Of a stretch of DNA of 64,000 nt, positions 56,329 to 64,000 are shown piece after piece. The DNA is taken from positions 29,694 through 93,693 of the forward strand of contig JALEOU010000021.1 of the NCBI GenBank assembly GCA_022766945.1, read 5' to 3'. The stretch is from Fusicatenibacter sp. Lineage in GTDB: Bacteria > Bacillota > Clostridia > Lachnospirales > Lachnospiraceae. The position numbers were made by a program, and so were the translations under genes. How positions within the stretch are numbered: position 1 is the stretch's first letter; each line of letters opens with the position of its first letter. Under the pieces are notes generated by a model. The model was not told the DNA's origin. It did not search any database and saw only the letters and a list, made by a program, of their open reading frames with translations.

Positions 56329-56410
56329 TTTGACCGAAACAAATGTATCATGAAATTGTGCATACGACAAGAAGAACAAGGAAAATGAGACAAATACGAG
56401 GTTTTGTATC

Positions 56411-56902
56411 ATGGAGAATGAAATCAAACTCACCTATGTCCAGGAAAAAATCACACGGGCTCTTCTCGAACTGATGAAACAGTATCCGTTTCGGGAAATC
56501 ACCGTTACACAGGTTGTACAGCATGCAAAAATCAGCCGGGCTTCTTTTTACCGCAATTACAGAAATAATGAAGAGGTACTCCGCTATTATATGACAATCT
56601 TAATCAAAAACTGGGGAACATCCTTTGAATCAGCCGGTGATCTTGATTGGGCCGGCAGTTTGCTTATGCATTATTATCATCATAAAGAATTTTATTCCCT
56701 GCTCTATCAGTGCAATCTGTCTCATAATATGCTTGCAATCATTCGGGAAACCATCGGCGTGGATGCCGAGTCCCAAAATGTTGCTGCCTATGGAAAAGCC
56801 TGGTTTGCCGGCGGGCTGTTCGGCTGGATTGAAGAATGGATTCGCCGCGGAATGCAGGAAACTCCGGAACAGCTAAAGGCTCTTATGAAAGATATGAGGT
56901 AA
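56411..56902 (+). CDS. TetR/AcrR family transcriptional regulator
   Basis: It has the N-terminal HTH FREITVTQVVQHAKISRASFYRNY. Confidence 0.88.
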   Translation: MENEIKLTYVQEKITRALLELMKQYPFREITVTQVVQHAKISRASFYRNYRNNEEVLRYYMTILIKNWGTSFESAGDLDWAGSLLMHYYHHKEFYSLLYQCNLSHNMLAIIRETIGVDAESQNVAAYGKAWFAGGLFGWIEEWIRRGMQETPEQLKALMKDMR

Positions 56903-56905
56903 CTT

Positions 56906-57859
56906 ATGATTGATCAACTTGGCCGTGAAATCACTTATCTGCGTCTCTCTGTAACAGAACTGTGCAATCTGCGCTGTCGGTACTGTATGCCGGAAGAAGG
57001 GATCTGCCAAAAAAGTCATTTCGATATGCTCACCGAAGAAGAGATGATCCTGGCAGTAAAAGCCGCTGCATCTCTTGGCATCACCAAACTGCGCATCACC
57101 GGAGGCGAACCTCTTGTCAAAAAAAATATTCTTTCCATCTGTCAGCATGCTGCGGCTGTGGAAGACATCAAAGAAGTCTGCCTGACGACCAACGGCATCC
57201 TGCTGCCCCAACTTGCAGGGTCTCTGAAAGAAGCAGGGGTAAAGCGGCTGAACCTGAGCCTTGACACTCTCGACCCAAAGAAGTACACTTATATCACACG
57301 CATCGGAAGTCTTGAGATGTTTTGGGCAGGCTTTACTGCAGCTTTAAAGGCCGGTTTCGAAAAAATCAAAATCAACACTGTTCTGATCGGCGGTTTCAAT
57401 GACAATGAGATTATTGCTCTGGCAGATCTGACAAGACAATATCCTGTAGATGTGCGTTTTATTGAACTGATGCCCATGTACGACAGCGGTGATTTTGATC
57501 AGGGGGCGTTTCTCCCCTGTACAAAGGTTCTGGAAGCGCTTCCCGATGCTGTTCCTGCAGACCCTGACGGCGGTGTCGCCAGACTGTATCACCTGCCGGG
57601 CGCCTATGGAAAGATCGGCCTGATCCGTCCTGTCAGTGCCAACTTCTGCGGAACCTGCAACCGCATTCGCCTTACTGCCGACGGAAAAATCAAGCCGTGT
57701 CTGCATTCACCTATGGAGTATTCTCTGAAAGGAATGGACTTTGAAGGAATGCGTGAACAGCTGAAAAAAGCAATCTTCAGCAAACCGGCATGGCATGGCG
57801 ATCTGGATGCTGTTCATCGCTCTCTGTCAGGCCGTAATATGAACCAAATCGGAGGTTAA
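56906..57859 (+). CDS. moaA: GTP 3',8-cyclase MoaA
   Basis: It has LRLSVTELCNLRCRYCMPEE, the C-terminal cluster CGTCNRIRLTADGKIKPC and a terminal GG. Confidence 0.93.
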   Translation: MIDQLGREITYLRLSVTELCNLRCRYCMPEEGICQKSHFDMLTEEEMILAVKAAASLGITKLRITGGEPLVKKNILSICQHAAAVEDIKEVCLTTNGILLPQLAGSLKEAGVKRLNLSLDTLDPKKYTYITRIGSLEMFWAGFTAALKAGFEKIKINTVLIGGFNDNEIIALADLTRQYPVDVRFIELMPMYDSGDFDQGAFLPCTKVLEALPDAVPADPDGGVARLYHLPGAYGKIGLIRPVSANFCGTCNRIRLTADGKIKPCLHSPMEYSLKGMDFEGMREQLKKAIFSKPAWHGDLDAVHRSLSGRNMNQIGG

Positions 57860-57894
57860 TCACCTATCCCGTTTCAGAACATGGAGGAAAGGAC

Positions 57895-58389
57895 ATGAGT
57901 TATACAGCAGCAGTAATTACCGTAAGTGACAAAGGCTACCGCGGCGAACGCGAGGATACCAGCGGTCCCAATCTGTGCAGGCTATTAATTGACAAGAAAT
58001 ACGACGTTGTTTACACAGCGATCGTTCCCGATGAGATAGAACAAATCAAAACAGAACTGCTGAAATGTACGGATGAACTTGGCATCGCTCTGGTACTGAC
58101 GACCGGCGGCACCGGATTCTCCCCCCGGGATATCACACCGGAAGCCACTTCTGCAGTGATCGAGCGCCCCACACCGGGTATCCCGGAAGTGATGCGTTCG
58201 GAATCGATGCACATTACCCCAAAAGGCTGCCTGAGCCGCAGTACTGCCGGCATTCGAAAACGTACCCTGATCATCAATCTTCCAGGCAGCAAAAAAGCTG
58301 CCGAAGAAAATATTCTGGCTGTGATTGATCCCATCGAACATGGTCTTGAAATGCTTCTCGGGGAAGGCAGTGACGACTGCGCCAGGTAA
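57895..58389 (+). CDS. MogA/MoaB family molybdenum cofactor biosynthesis protein
   Basis: It has AAVITVSDKG and TTGGTGFSPRD. Confidence 0.9.
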   Translation: MSYTAAVITVSDKGYRGEREDTSGPNLCRLLIDKKYDVVYTAIVPDEIEQIKTELLKCTDELGIALVLTTGGTGFSPRDITPEATSAVIERPTPGIPEVMRSESMHITPKGCLSRSTAGIRKRTLIINLPGSKKAAEENILAVIDPIEHGLEMLLGEGSDDCAR

Positions 58390-58396
58390 CATTGAA

Positions 58397-58430
58397 ATAA
58401 AGGGGGCTATCGGGATGACAGCCCCTTATT
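58397..58430. terminator. Bidirectional terminator between convergent genes
   Basis: The stem is aagggggc...gcccctt, flanked by A-rich and T-rich tracts. Confidence 0.65.
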
Positions 58431-58979
58431 TCAACTTTTAAGATTTTTCACATACTCCACGATCGGAGTAATCGTATTCTTATCAGAAAAGTCAATGAAT
58501 TTCCCATAAGTGTCAAGCATCAATCGGTCCTCACTGCTCAGATTCTCATACCCCTTTTTCAGCATGGATTTTCGGAGCATTGCCATCATTGCTTTGTGAA
58601 CCATTCCTAATTCCGGATAGTTGATACCGCCTCTCAGATGAAACTGCCTGATTTTTCTGCGCATTTCAGGCGTCAGTACTTTCTCCAATCCCTTCTCAAT
58701 ATGCTCAATATTCCCGGGATCACCAGGATCCGCCAATCCACAGGAAAAAAGAAGAATTCCCTTATCCGAAATCACGTCAAAGTTTCTGACAATGGTCTGT
58801 ATGCCGCTTAAGCCTCCTGCGTAGAGCCCACCGCCATGAATGATCACATCATACGATGCCAGGATACTGCCGTTCACATCCTTTGCATCCTTGATGTCAC
58901 AGGACAATTCCTCTGCGATCCAATGAGCATATTGTTTTGTCGTTCCGTATTTTGATGCGTATGTAACCAGACACTTCAT
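58431..58979 (-). CDS. Flavodoxin-like domain protein
   Basis: It reads MKCLVTYASKYGTTKQYAHWIAEEL...VIIHGGGLYAGG. Confidence 0.75.
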   Translation of the reverse strand: MKCLVTYASKYGTTKQYAHWIAEELSCDIKDAKDVNGSILASYDVIIHGGGLYAGGLSGIQTIVRNFDVISDKGILLFSCGLADPGDPGNIEHIEKGLEKVLTPEMRRKIRQFHLRGGINYPELGMVHKAMMAMLRKSMLKKGYENLSSEDRLMLDTYGKFIDFSDKNTITPIVEYVKNLKS

Positions 58980-58991
58980 AAGTAACCTCCT

Positions 58992-59474
58992 CTAATTCAC
59001 TGACCGGGCATATTCTTCCACCTGCCCGACTCCCTCATAAAGTTTTTTCCCAAGATTATAAAACCCGGCAATCTCTTCTTCGCTGAACTCTGCAAACAAC
59101 AGCTGTAACGCTTTTCCTCTTCGTTCCTCCATTTTTGCAGAGTACGCTTCCACTTTCCCGGTTACTTCCAGACAGACAGAATGGTTTGCACCTTCTTTCA
59201 TGGTAAGATATCCTTTTTGTTCCAGCACTGTCGCCAGTTTCTTGATATTTTGCCTGGAACAGCCCATAAGCTTCCCCACTCTGGTCAATGTTTTCGGTTC
59301 CGGACATTCCTCCACCATAGCGAGCAGCAGCCACTGTTTCATAGACAAATCAGTCTGAATCTTTTCGCATGCCGTCTGCATCCTGTTTTGCCAGATAAAG
59401 ATACTGCAAAAAAGTGCCCTCATCCGGTGCGGCGTATCACAATCATATTTGTCCAGCATTTCTTCCATCATCAT
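58992..59474 (-). CDS. MarR family transcriptional regulator
   Basis: It has the winged-helix segment LSMKQWLLLAMVEECPEPKTLTRVGKLMGCSRQNIKKLATVLEQKGYL. Confidence 0.85.
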   Translation of the reverse strand: MMMEEMLDKYDCDTPHRMRALFCSIFIWQNRMQTACEKIQTDLSMKQWLLLAMVEECPEPKTLTRVGKLMGCSRQNIKKLATVLEQKGYLTMKEGANHSVCLEVTGKVEAYSAKMEERRGKALQLLFAEFSEEEIAGFYNLGKKLYEGVGQVEEYARSVN

Positions 59475-59491
59475 GAGATCCTCCTGTCAGT

Positions 59492-59537
59492 AAAGCGGTA
59501 ACAAGTTACCATTATTATAGTAACTTGTTACCGCTTT
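59492..59537. promoter_or_regulatory. Large inverted repeat upstream of the marR-flavodoxin operon (candidate operator)
   Basis: It has perfect 18-bp arms: aaagcggtaacaagttac 59492-59509 / gtaacttgttaccgcttt 59520-59537, separated by a 10-nt AT-rich spacer. Each arm contains a GTAAC-NN-GTTAC mini-palindrome. There is no U-tract on either side. Confidence 0.5.
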
Positions 59538-59562
59538 GTCAAGAAGAGGAACGGCTTTGTTA

Positions 59563-61650
59563 TTATTTTCCGACATTACTGTAAGCCATGGCATAAAAGA
59601 TCTCCTGTGAATTCAACTTTACTTCATTCAGGCTTCGATCCGCATAAATTCCTTTTGCTGTCAGACATTTTCCCTTCTCATCGTCATTCATCATCGTCTC
59701 AAACATCCAGTCCAGACGTTCTTTCAGTTTCCCGTCAAGGATCGGTACTGCCACTTCCACCCGCCGGATGGTATTTCTTGTCATAAAATCCGCTGAAGCG
59801 ATATATACTTTTTCCCGGTCTTTTGTGCCAAAACGATAGATTCTGGAATGCTCCAGAAAGCGTCCTACAATACTCACAACTTTGATATTCTCTGTATAAC
59901 CTTTTACCCCGGGAATCAGGCAGCAGATCCCCCGCACAATCATTTCAATTTTTACGCCGGCCTGCGAAGCTTCTATCAGTTTATCGATAATCGCCTTATC
60001 TGTCAGAGAATTAATTTTAATGCCGATATATCCGTCCTCCCCCTGCTTCACATGAGCAATCTCTTCCTCGATCATATCCAGTACCCTGTTCTGCAAGCAC
60101 TTTGGAGCTACCAGAAGAAGGCTGGTCTGTTCCACCGTTTCTCCTTTCAGGAGTGCCGCAAAGACTTCGGCTGCTTCTTTTCCGATCTCCTGATTGGCCG
60201 TAATCAGTGACAGATCGGTATACATGGCTGAAGTTTTCTCATTGTAATTTCCGGTTCCTATCTGTGTAATGTAGGACACCCCATTCCCTGTTTTTCTGGA
60301 AATCAGACAGAGTTTGGAATGTACTTTATAACCGTTCAGGCCATAGATCACCCTGCATCCCGCTTCTTCCAGTTTTCTGGAATATTCGATATTACTTTCT
60401 TCATCAAACCGTGCCCGCAGTTCCACCAGAACAACTACTTCTTTTCCGTTTTCCGCTGCTTCCACCAGTGCATCCACGATCTGACTTTTATCGGCAAGTC
60501 GATAAAGCGTCATCTTTATGGATACAACCGTATCATCCTTTGCAGCCTCATAAAGCAGGCTGATAAACGGCTTAATGCTTTCAAATGGATAAGACAATAA
60601 AACGTCTTTCTTCTCAATCTGCGGAATCAGATGACTCTTTTCCTCCAATTCCGGAGTCATTCTCGGAGTACGTCGCTGATAAAACAGAGCTTCCTGATCT
60701 GTATTTTTCAGATAGCTCTGGATCGCAAATACAAAAGACATATCCAGCGGAACTCTTGAAAGAAACACATGATCTTTTTCTACCTTAATATCCTTACACA
60801 GAGAACTGATCATTTTTTTACTGAGTTCTCTGGAGAGCTCCATTCTTACCGGATTCATTCTTTTGCGCTGCTTAATCAGATTTTCCATCGCCTCCCGGTA
60901 ATCCAGATCCTCATCAAAAATCGTTTCTGTGTCGATATCCGCATTTCTTGTGATCCGCAGCAGGGATTTCTCTTTCACTTCATAATTTCGGAACATTTTG
61001 GGAAGGAAATGAAGAATCAGTTCCTCTGAGAGCATAAAGGTTCCTTTTCTGGTCGGAATATCAATCAGTCGTTTGAACACATTATTGCTGCAGGGGATAA
61101 TGGCAGTCCTCGTCTTTCCCCCTTTACTTGCAAGCAAGGCCACCGCATAGATATCCTTATTTTTCAAGAATGGGAACGGCTGCTGTTTGCTGACAATATT
61201 GGCCGATAAGTACGGCGCGATCTCCTGGTCAAAATAGGTTTCCAGCAATTTTCCTTCTTCTGCCGACAGTTTGTTAAAATTAATCAGCCGGATCCCTTTT
61301 GGCTCCAGTTCTCCCATCAGCTGCTCATAAATCGCAGCCTTTTTCTGATCCAGATCCCTGGTGGCTTTCAAAATTGCTTTCACTTGTTCTTCGCTGGTCA
61401 TATTTGTCTTGTTTTCACGTACCACTTCCGAAGATTCCATCTGATCCATAAGCGTGCCGACTCTCACTCTGTAAAATTCATCCAGATTGGACTGGTAAAT
61501 GGCTGCAAAGGTCAGTCGTTCCGCCAATGGTACCCGCGGATTTCCCGCTTCATTTAATACCCGTTCGTTAAATTTGAGCCATGACAATTCTCTGTTCATC
61601 ATATAAGGAATTGGGGCTGCTTTTTTTGTCTTTTTCTCAGCATTTTTCAT
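59563..61650 (-). CDS. ppk1: Polyphosphate kinase 1
   Basis: It has YMMNRELSWLKFNERVL, the PLD-like motif YKVHSKLCLISR and a second HKD-like region. The start is ATG 61650. Confidence 0.93.
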   Translation of the reverse strand: MKNAEKKTKKAAPIPYMMNRELSWLKFNERVLNEAGNPRVPLAERLTFAAIYQSNLDEFYRVRVGTLMDQMESSEVVRENKTNMTSEEQVKAILKATRDLDQKKAAIYEQLMGELEPKGIRLINFNKLSAEEGKLLETYFDQEIAPYLSANIVSKQQPFPFLKNKDIYAVALLASKGGKTRTAIIPCSNNVFKRLIDIPTRKGTFMLSEELILHFLPKMFRNYEVKEKSLLRITRNADIDTETIFDEDLDYREAMENLIKQRKRMNPVRMELSRELSKKMISSLCKDIKVEKDHVFLSRVPLDMSFVFAIQSYLKNTDQEALFYQRRTPRMTPELEEKSHLIPQIEKKDVLLSYPFESIKPFISLLYEAAKDDTVVSIKMTLYRLADKSQIVDALVEAAENGKEVVVLVELRARFDEESNIEYSRKLEEAGCRVIYGLNGYKVHSKLCLISRKTGNGVSYITQIGTGNYNEKTSAMYTDLSLITANQEIGKEAAEVFAALLKGETVEQTSLLLVAPKCLQNRVLDMIEEEIAHVKQGEDGYIGIKINSLTDKAIIDKLIEASQAGVKIEMIVRGICCLIPGVKGYTENIKVVSIVGRFLEHSRIYRFGTKDREKVYIASADFMTRNTIRRVEVAVPILDGKLKERLDWMFETMMNDDEKGKCLTAKGIYADRSLNEVKLNSQEIFYAMAYSNVGK

Positions 61651-61804
61651 CTTCACAGTTCCTCTCACAACAGTTTTCTTCTTTTACGCATTGATTCCTT
61701 CACTTATGAGAAAATCTTGCCTGTTTCTTCTGACGCAAAACATTCGCACAGAGATATTATAATGCATACATATCAAATCTCTGAGATGCCTGTGTTAAGT
61801 TTAC

Positions 61805-61842
61805 GTAAAATACGAGGCTTCCCAAGGGAAGCCTCGTTAAAA
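61805..61842 (-). terminator. Terminator hairpin after the LysR gene
   Basis: The 12-bp stem is acgaggcttccc / gggaagcctcgt, flanked by A/T-rich tracts. Confidence 0.65.
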
Positions 61843-61884
61843 TCTGTTTATCCACATATATCATGCCAGATTTTGTTCTCTGAT

Positions 61885-62775
61885 CTAGCGCAGTACGGTT
61901 TGAATTGCCAAAAGAAAACGCCGGACTGTTTCCGATGGAGCAGTAGAATGGAGCAGCCCATAAGGGATGCTGTGATCCCACTCCACTGGAATTACTTTCA
62001 GCAGGGGATGTACATTTTCCCAGGCCTGAACGGCCATCAAAATATCATTACTGTTTTCGCAGCGGTTAAATACCTCCACACAGTAAAAATCGAAATCTAC
62101 AATATTGATTTGACTGTAATTCTGCCAGATGTCATCCCTCAGCTGATCCACATAATGGCTCCAGCCCCGGTGCATCAGCATCAGATTTTCCCCATACAGA
62201 TCCGGAACCGACAGTCTGTTTTTATCCGCAAGCCTGTGATGAATTGACACCGCACAGCATAACGGTTGTCTGGAAATCTCAAACCCTGCACAGTTTCGCA
62301 GATTCAGCATGGTATCATCGAAGATACCGGCTACCACATCAATATTCTGCCCAAGATTCTTCAAAATCTCCCTGGCATTTTCCGGTGTATTTTCAAAAGG
62401 AACAAGCTGAAATTTGATCTCAGGACAGAGATCGTGGATCTTTGGCCACAAATCTACCAGAATCTTTGCCGGTGTCATGGGAGATGTTCCAATGCGAATG
62501 ACATTAACATCCTCCTGCATGGCATTCTTTGCCCGAATCACGGAATCCTGGCAATACTGAATCACGTATTTTGCATCATGATACAATGAGATTCCCGCTT
62601 TTGTCAGTTTCAGTCCCCGGTGAGTCCGTTCAAAGAGCTTCACACCTAAATCTTCTTCCAGCAGATTAATCTGTTTAATTACAGCTGTTGGAGAAATATA
62701 GGATAGTTCCGCTGCCTTGTTGAAACTGCCGGCATCAGCTACCCGAAGGAATGTTTCAAGTTTGGGATTGTACAT
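61885..62775 (-). CDS. LysR family transcriptional regulator
   Basis: It has the HTH LETFLRVADAGSFNKAAELSYISPTAVIKQINLLE. Confidence 0.88.
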   Translation of the reverse strand: MYNPKLETFLRVADAGSFNKAAELSYISPTAVIKQINLLEEDLGVKLFERTHRGLKLTKAGISLYHDAKYVIQYCQDSVIRAKNAMQEDVNVIRIGTSPMTPAKILVDLWPKIHDLCPEIKFQLVPFENTPENAREILKNLGQNIDVVAGIFDDTMLNLRNCAGFEISRQPLCCAVSIHHRLADKNRLSVPDLYGENLMLMHRGWSHYVDQLRDDIWQNYSQINIVDFDFYCVEVFNRCENSNDILMAVQAWENVHPLLKVIPVEWDHSIPYGLLHSTAPSETVRRFLLAIQTVLR

Positions 62776-62877
62776 AGTGGTCGCCGCCTTTTATTCATTG
62801 TCTCTTTCACTAACAAAGTGGAAAAACAAAAGCCCTGCAACCATTATATCTCAAAACATCCCTTGGTTCAACACCTG

Positions 62878-63720
62878 TTATCGATGCAGCCCGGTCAGCA
62901 TTTCTACGGTAGCCGGATCATAATGGGAGAAGAACAGACTCTCGGCCTCGTCCAGAGCCCGAATTGCATTCATGTCCGCTTCATCCAGAGAAAAATCAAA
63001 CACATCCATATTCTGAATCATCCGTTCTTTATGTGTGGATTTGGGAATCACAACCACGTCGCTCTGGATCAGGAAGCGAAGTGCAGTCTGGGCTGCAGAT
63101 TTTTCATGTTTGACGCCGATTTCCATCAGTACCGGATTGGTAAAGAAATCCTTGCGTCCCTCAGCAAAAGGTCCCCAGGACTCATGCTGTACACCATACT
63201 TTGCCATATATTCGTGAGCTATCTTTTGCTGCTGGAACACATGGGTCTCCACCTGATTGATCGCAGGTTTGATCTTTGCAAACCTACAAAGATCAATAAA
63301 TCGATCCGGATAAAAATTTGACACACCGATGGCACGAATCCATCCCTCCTGGTATGCCTCCTCCATCGCGCGATAGGTTCCGTAATAATCATTGAATGGC
63401 TGATGAATCAGTACCAGATCAATATAATCTGTCTTCAATTTCTTTAAGGATTCCTGAAGCGACGCTTTCGCATTTTCATAGCCTGCATTGCTGATCCATA
63501 CCTTGGTAGTGATAAAGAGTTCTTCCCGAAGAACACCACACTTGTTGATTGCGCTGCCAACCGCTTCCTCATTTCCGTAAGACTGAGCAGTATCAATCGA
63601 ACGATACCCCACACTGATAGCATCCAGTACACAGCGCTCGCATTCCTCATTGCCGACCTGATACACGCCATAGCCGAGAACCGGCATTTTAATTCCGTTG
63701 TTTAAGGTTACATATTCCAT
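62878..63720 (-). CDS. Aldo/keto reductase
   Basis: It has MPVLGYGVYQV, GYRSIDTAQSYGNEE, LVLIHQP and IPKS. Confidence 0.9.
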   Translation of the reverse strand: MEYVTLNNGIKMPVLGYGVYQVGNEECERCVLDAISVGYRSIDTAQSYGNEEAVGSAINKCGVLREELFITTKVWISNAGYENAKASLQESLKKLKTDYIDLVLIHQPFNDYYGTYRAMEEAYQEGWIRAIGVSNFYPDRFIDLCRFAKIKPAINQVETHVFQQQKIAHEYMAKYGVQHESWGPFAEGRKDFFTNPVLMEIGVKHEKSAAQTALRFLIQSDVVVIPKSTHKERMIQNMDVFDFSLDEADMNAIRALDEAESLFFSHYDPATVEMLTGLHR

Positions 63721-63797
63721 AACTTGATTCCTCCTTCTTTAGTTCAGTAATATCTGGATCAACAGGCAACCTTTGCTTTCCTTTCTGTCCTTATTAT

Positions 63798-63834
63798 AAA
63801 AAAAACGAGACCTCAAAAGAAGTCTCGTTTTTTT
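63798..63834. terminator. Bidirectional-looking terminator
   Basis: The sequence reads aaaaaaaacgagac-ctcaaaagaa-gtctcgttttttt. Confidence 0.8.
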
Positions 63835-63857
63835 ATGCAGTAGAAACCAAATGGTTA

Positions 63858-64000
63858 TTACTCATTCATTTGTTCTTCTACTTTTCTCCGACTATCGCAA
63901 AAATACATGCAGCAGCTTTCCGTATAATTTTCTCCTGTATGGCTGATACCGCATGGGCAGATCCATCCACGTCTTTTTATCCACAATGCTTTTCCTGTGT
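63858..64000 (-). CDS. 3' end of a gene encoding a Cys-rich C-terminus (family not recognised), 5' part outside the window
   Basis: Minus-strand frame 3 is open to the window edge and reads ...TGKALWIKRRGWICPCGISHTGENYTESCCMYFCDSRRKVEEQMNE*, with stop TAA at 63858-63860. A terminator follows at 63798-63834. Confidence 0.5.
   Translation of the reverse strand, partial: TGKALWIKRRGWICPCGISHTGENYTESCCMYFCDSRRKVEEQMNE

Noticed and set aside
59492-59537. Interpretation of the 18-bp-arm inverted repeat as the ppk1 rho-independent terminator.
   Set aside because: No U-tract follows the stem on the minus strand, and no T-tract follows it on the plus strand. I kept it as a candidate operator or RNA-stabilising hairpin instead.
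61717-62247. A 176-aa plus-strand ORF overlapping the LysR gene and the ppk1 upstream region.
   Set aside because: It is antisense to a LysR gene with a clear HTH. It has no motifs or RBS and is a shadow ORF.
1-64000. A search for mobile elements, prophage genes, CRISPR arrays, tRNA/rRNA genes and known defence-system signatures.
   Set aside because: I noticed no transposase, integrase, recombinase or reverse-transcriptase motifs, no spaced direct-repeat arrays and no cloverleaf-like sequences in intergenic regions. Absence judged by eye is not proof. tRNAscan, Infernal and defence-finder runs would be decisive.

Overview
This 64-kb chromosomal window looks like a Clostridia genome, probably Lachnospiraceae-like; that placement is inferred from gene content only. 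I call about 60 protein-coding genes, most on the minus strand. By eye I found no rRNA, tRNA, CRISPR array, transposase, integrase or phage genes.

Gene order:
- secDF (3' end cut by the window edge)
- the SCIFF RiPP pair scfA/scfB; the 46-aa precursor is missing from the supplied ORF track
- two small ORFs
- a repeat-rich cell-surface protein with a sortase-type signal
- ftsH
- an RluA-family pseudouridine synthase
- a complete rnfCDGEAB operon followed by NusG_II, Gx-transporter and queT genes
- truA
- housekeeping enzymes (FKBP isomerase, nitroreductase, RlmI-like methyltransferase, radical SAM, SEC-C methionine aminopeptidase)
- a Na/Pi-PhoU transporter and a uracil permease
- glgCD
- an M24 peptidase and two amino-acid transporters
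- a GH42 beta-galactosidase with an overlapping LysR gene
- a YfcC-M28-M20 peptidase cluster
- thiW-thiM behind a long leader that contains a terminator
- a FAD protein, a MATE pump and a LacI regulator
- an AraC gene remnant
- a BlaI/BlaR1-like pair
- an adenylate-forming ligase fused to two FN3-like domains
- a hydrolase / double-GNAT / nucleotidyltransferase operon divergent from a TetR gene
- moaA-mog
- a MarR-flavodoxin pair
- ppk1
- a LysR regulator and an aldo/keto reductase

I did not find a convincing multi-gene system of a wholly new kind, such as a defence island. The observations most worth follow-up are:
- the ligase-FN3 chimera, which has its own promoter and terminator
- the unlisted SCIFF precursor locus
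- the BlaI/BlaR1-like module, which has a non-PBP sensor domain and twin palindromic operators
- the atypical TPP-like leader of thiW-thiM

All family assignments come from motifs read by eye. No database search was run.
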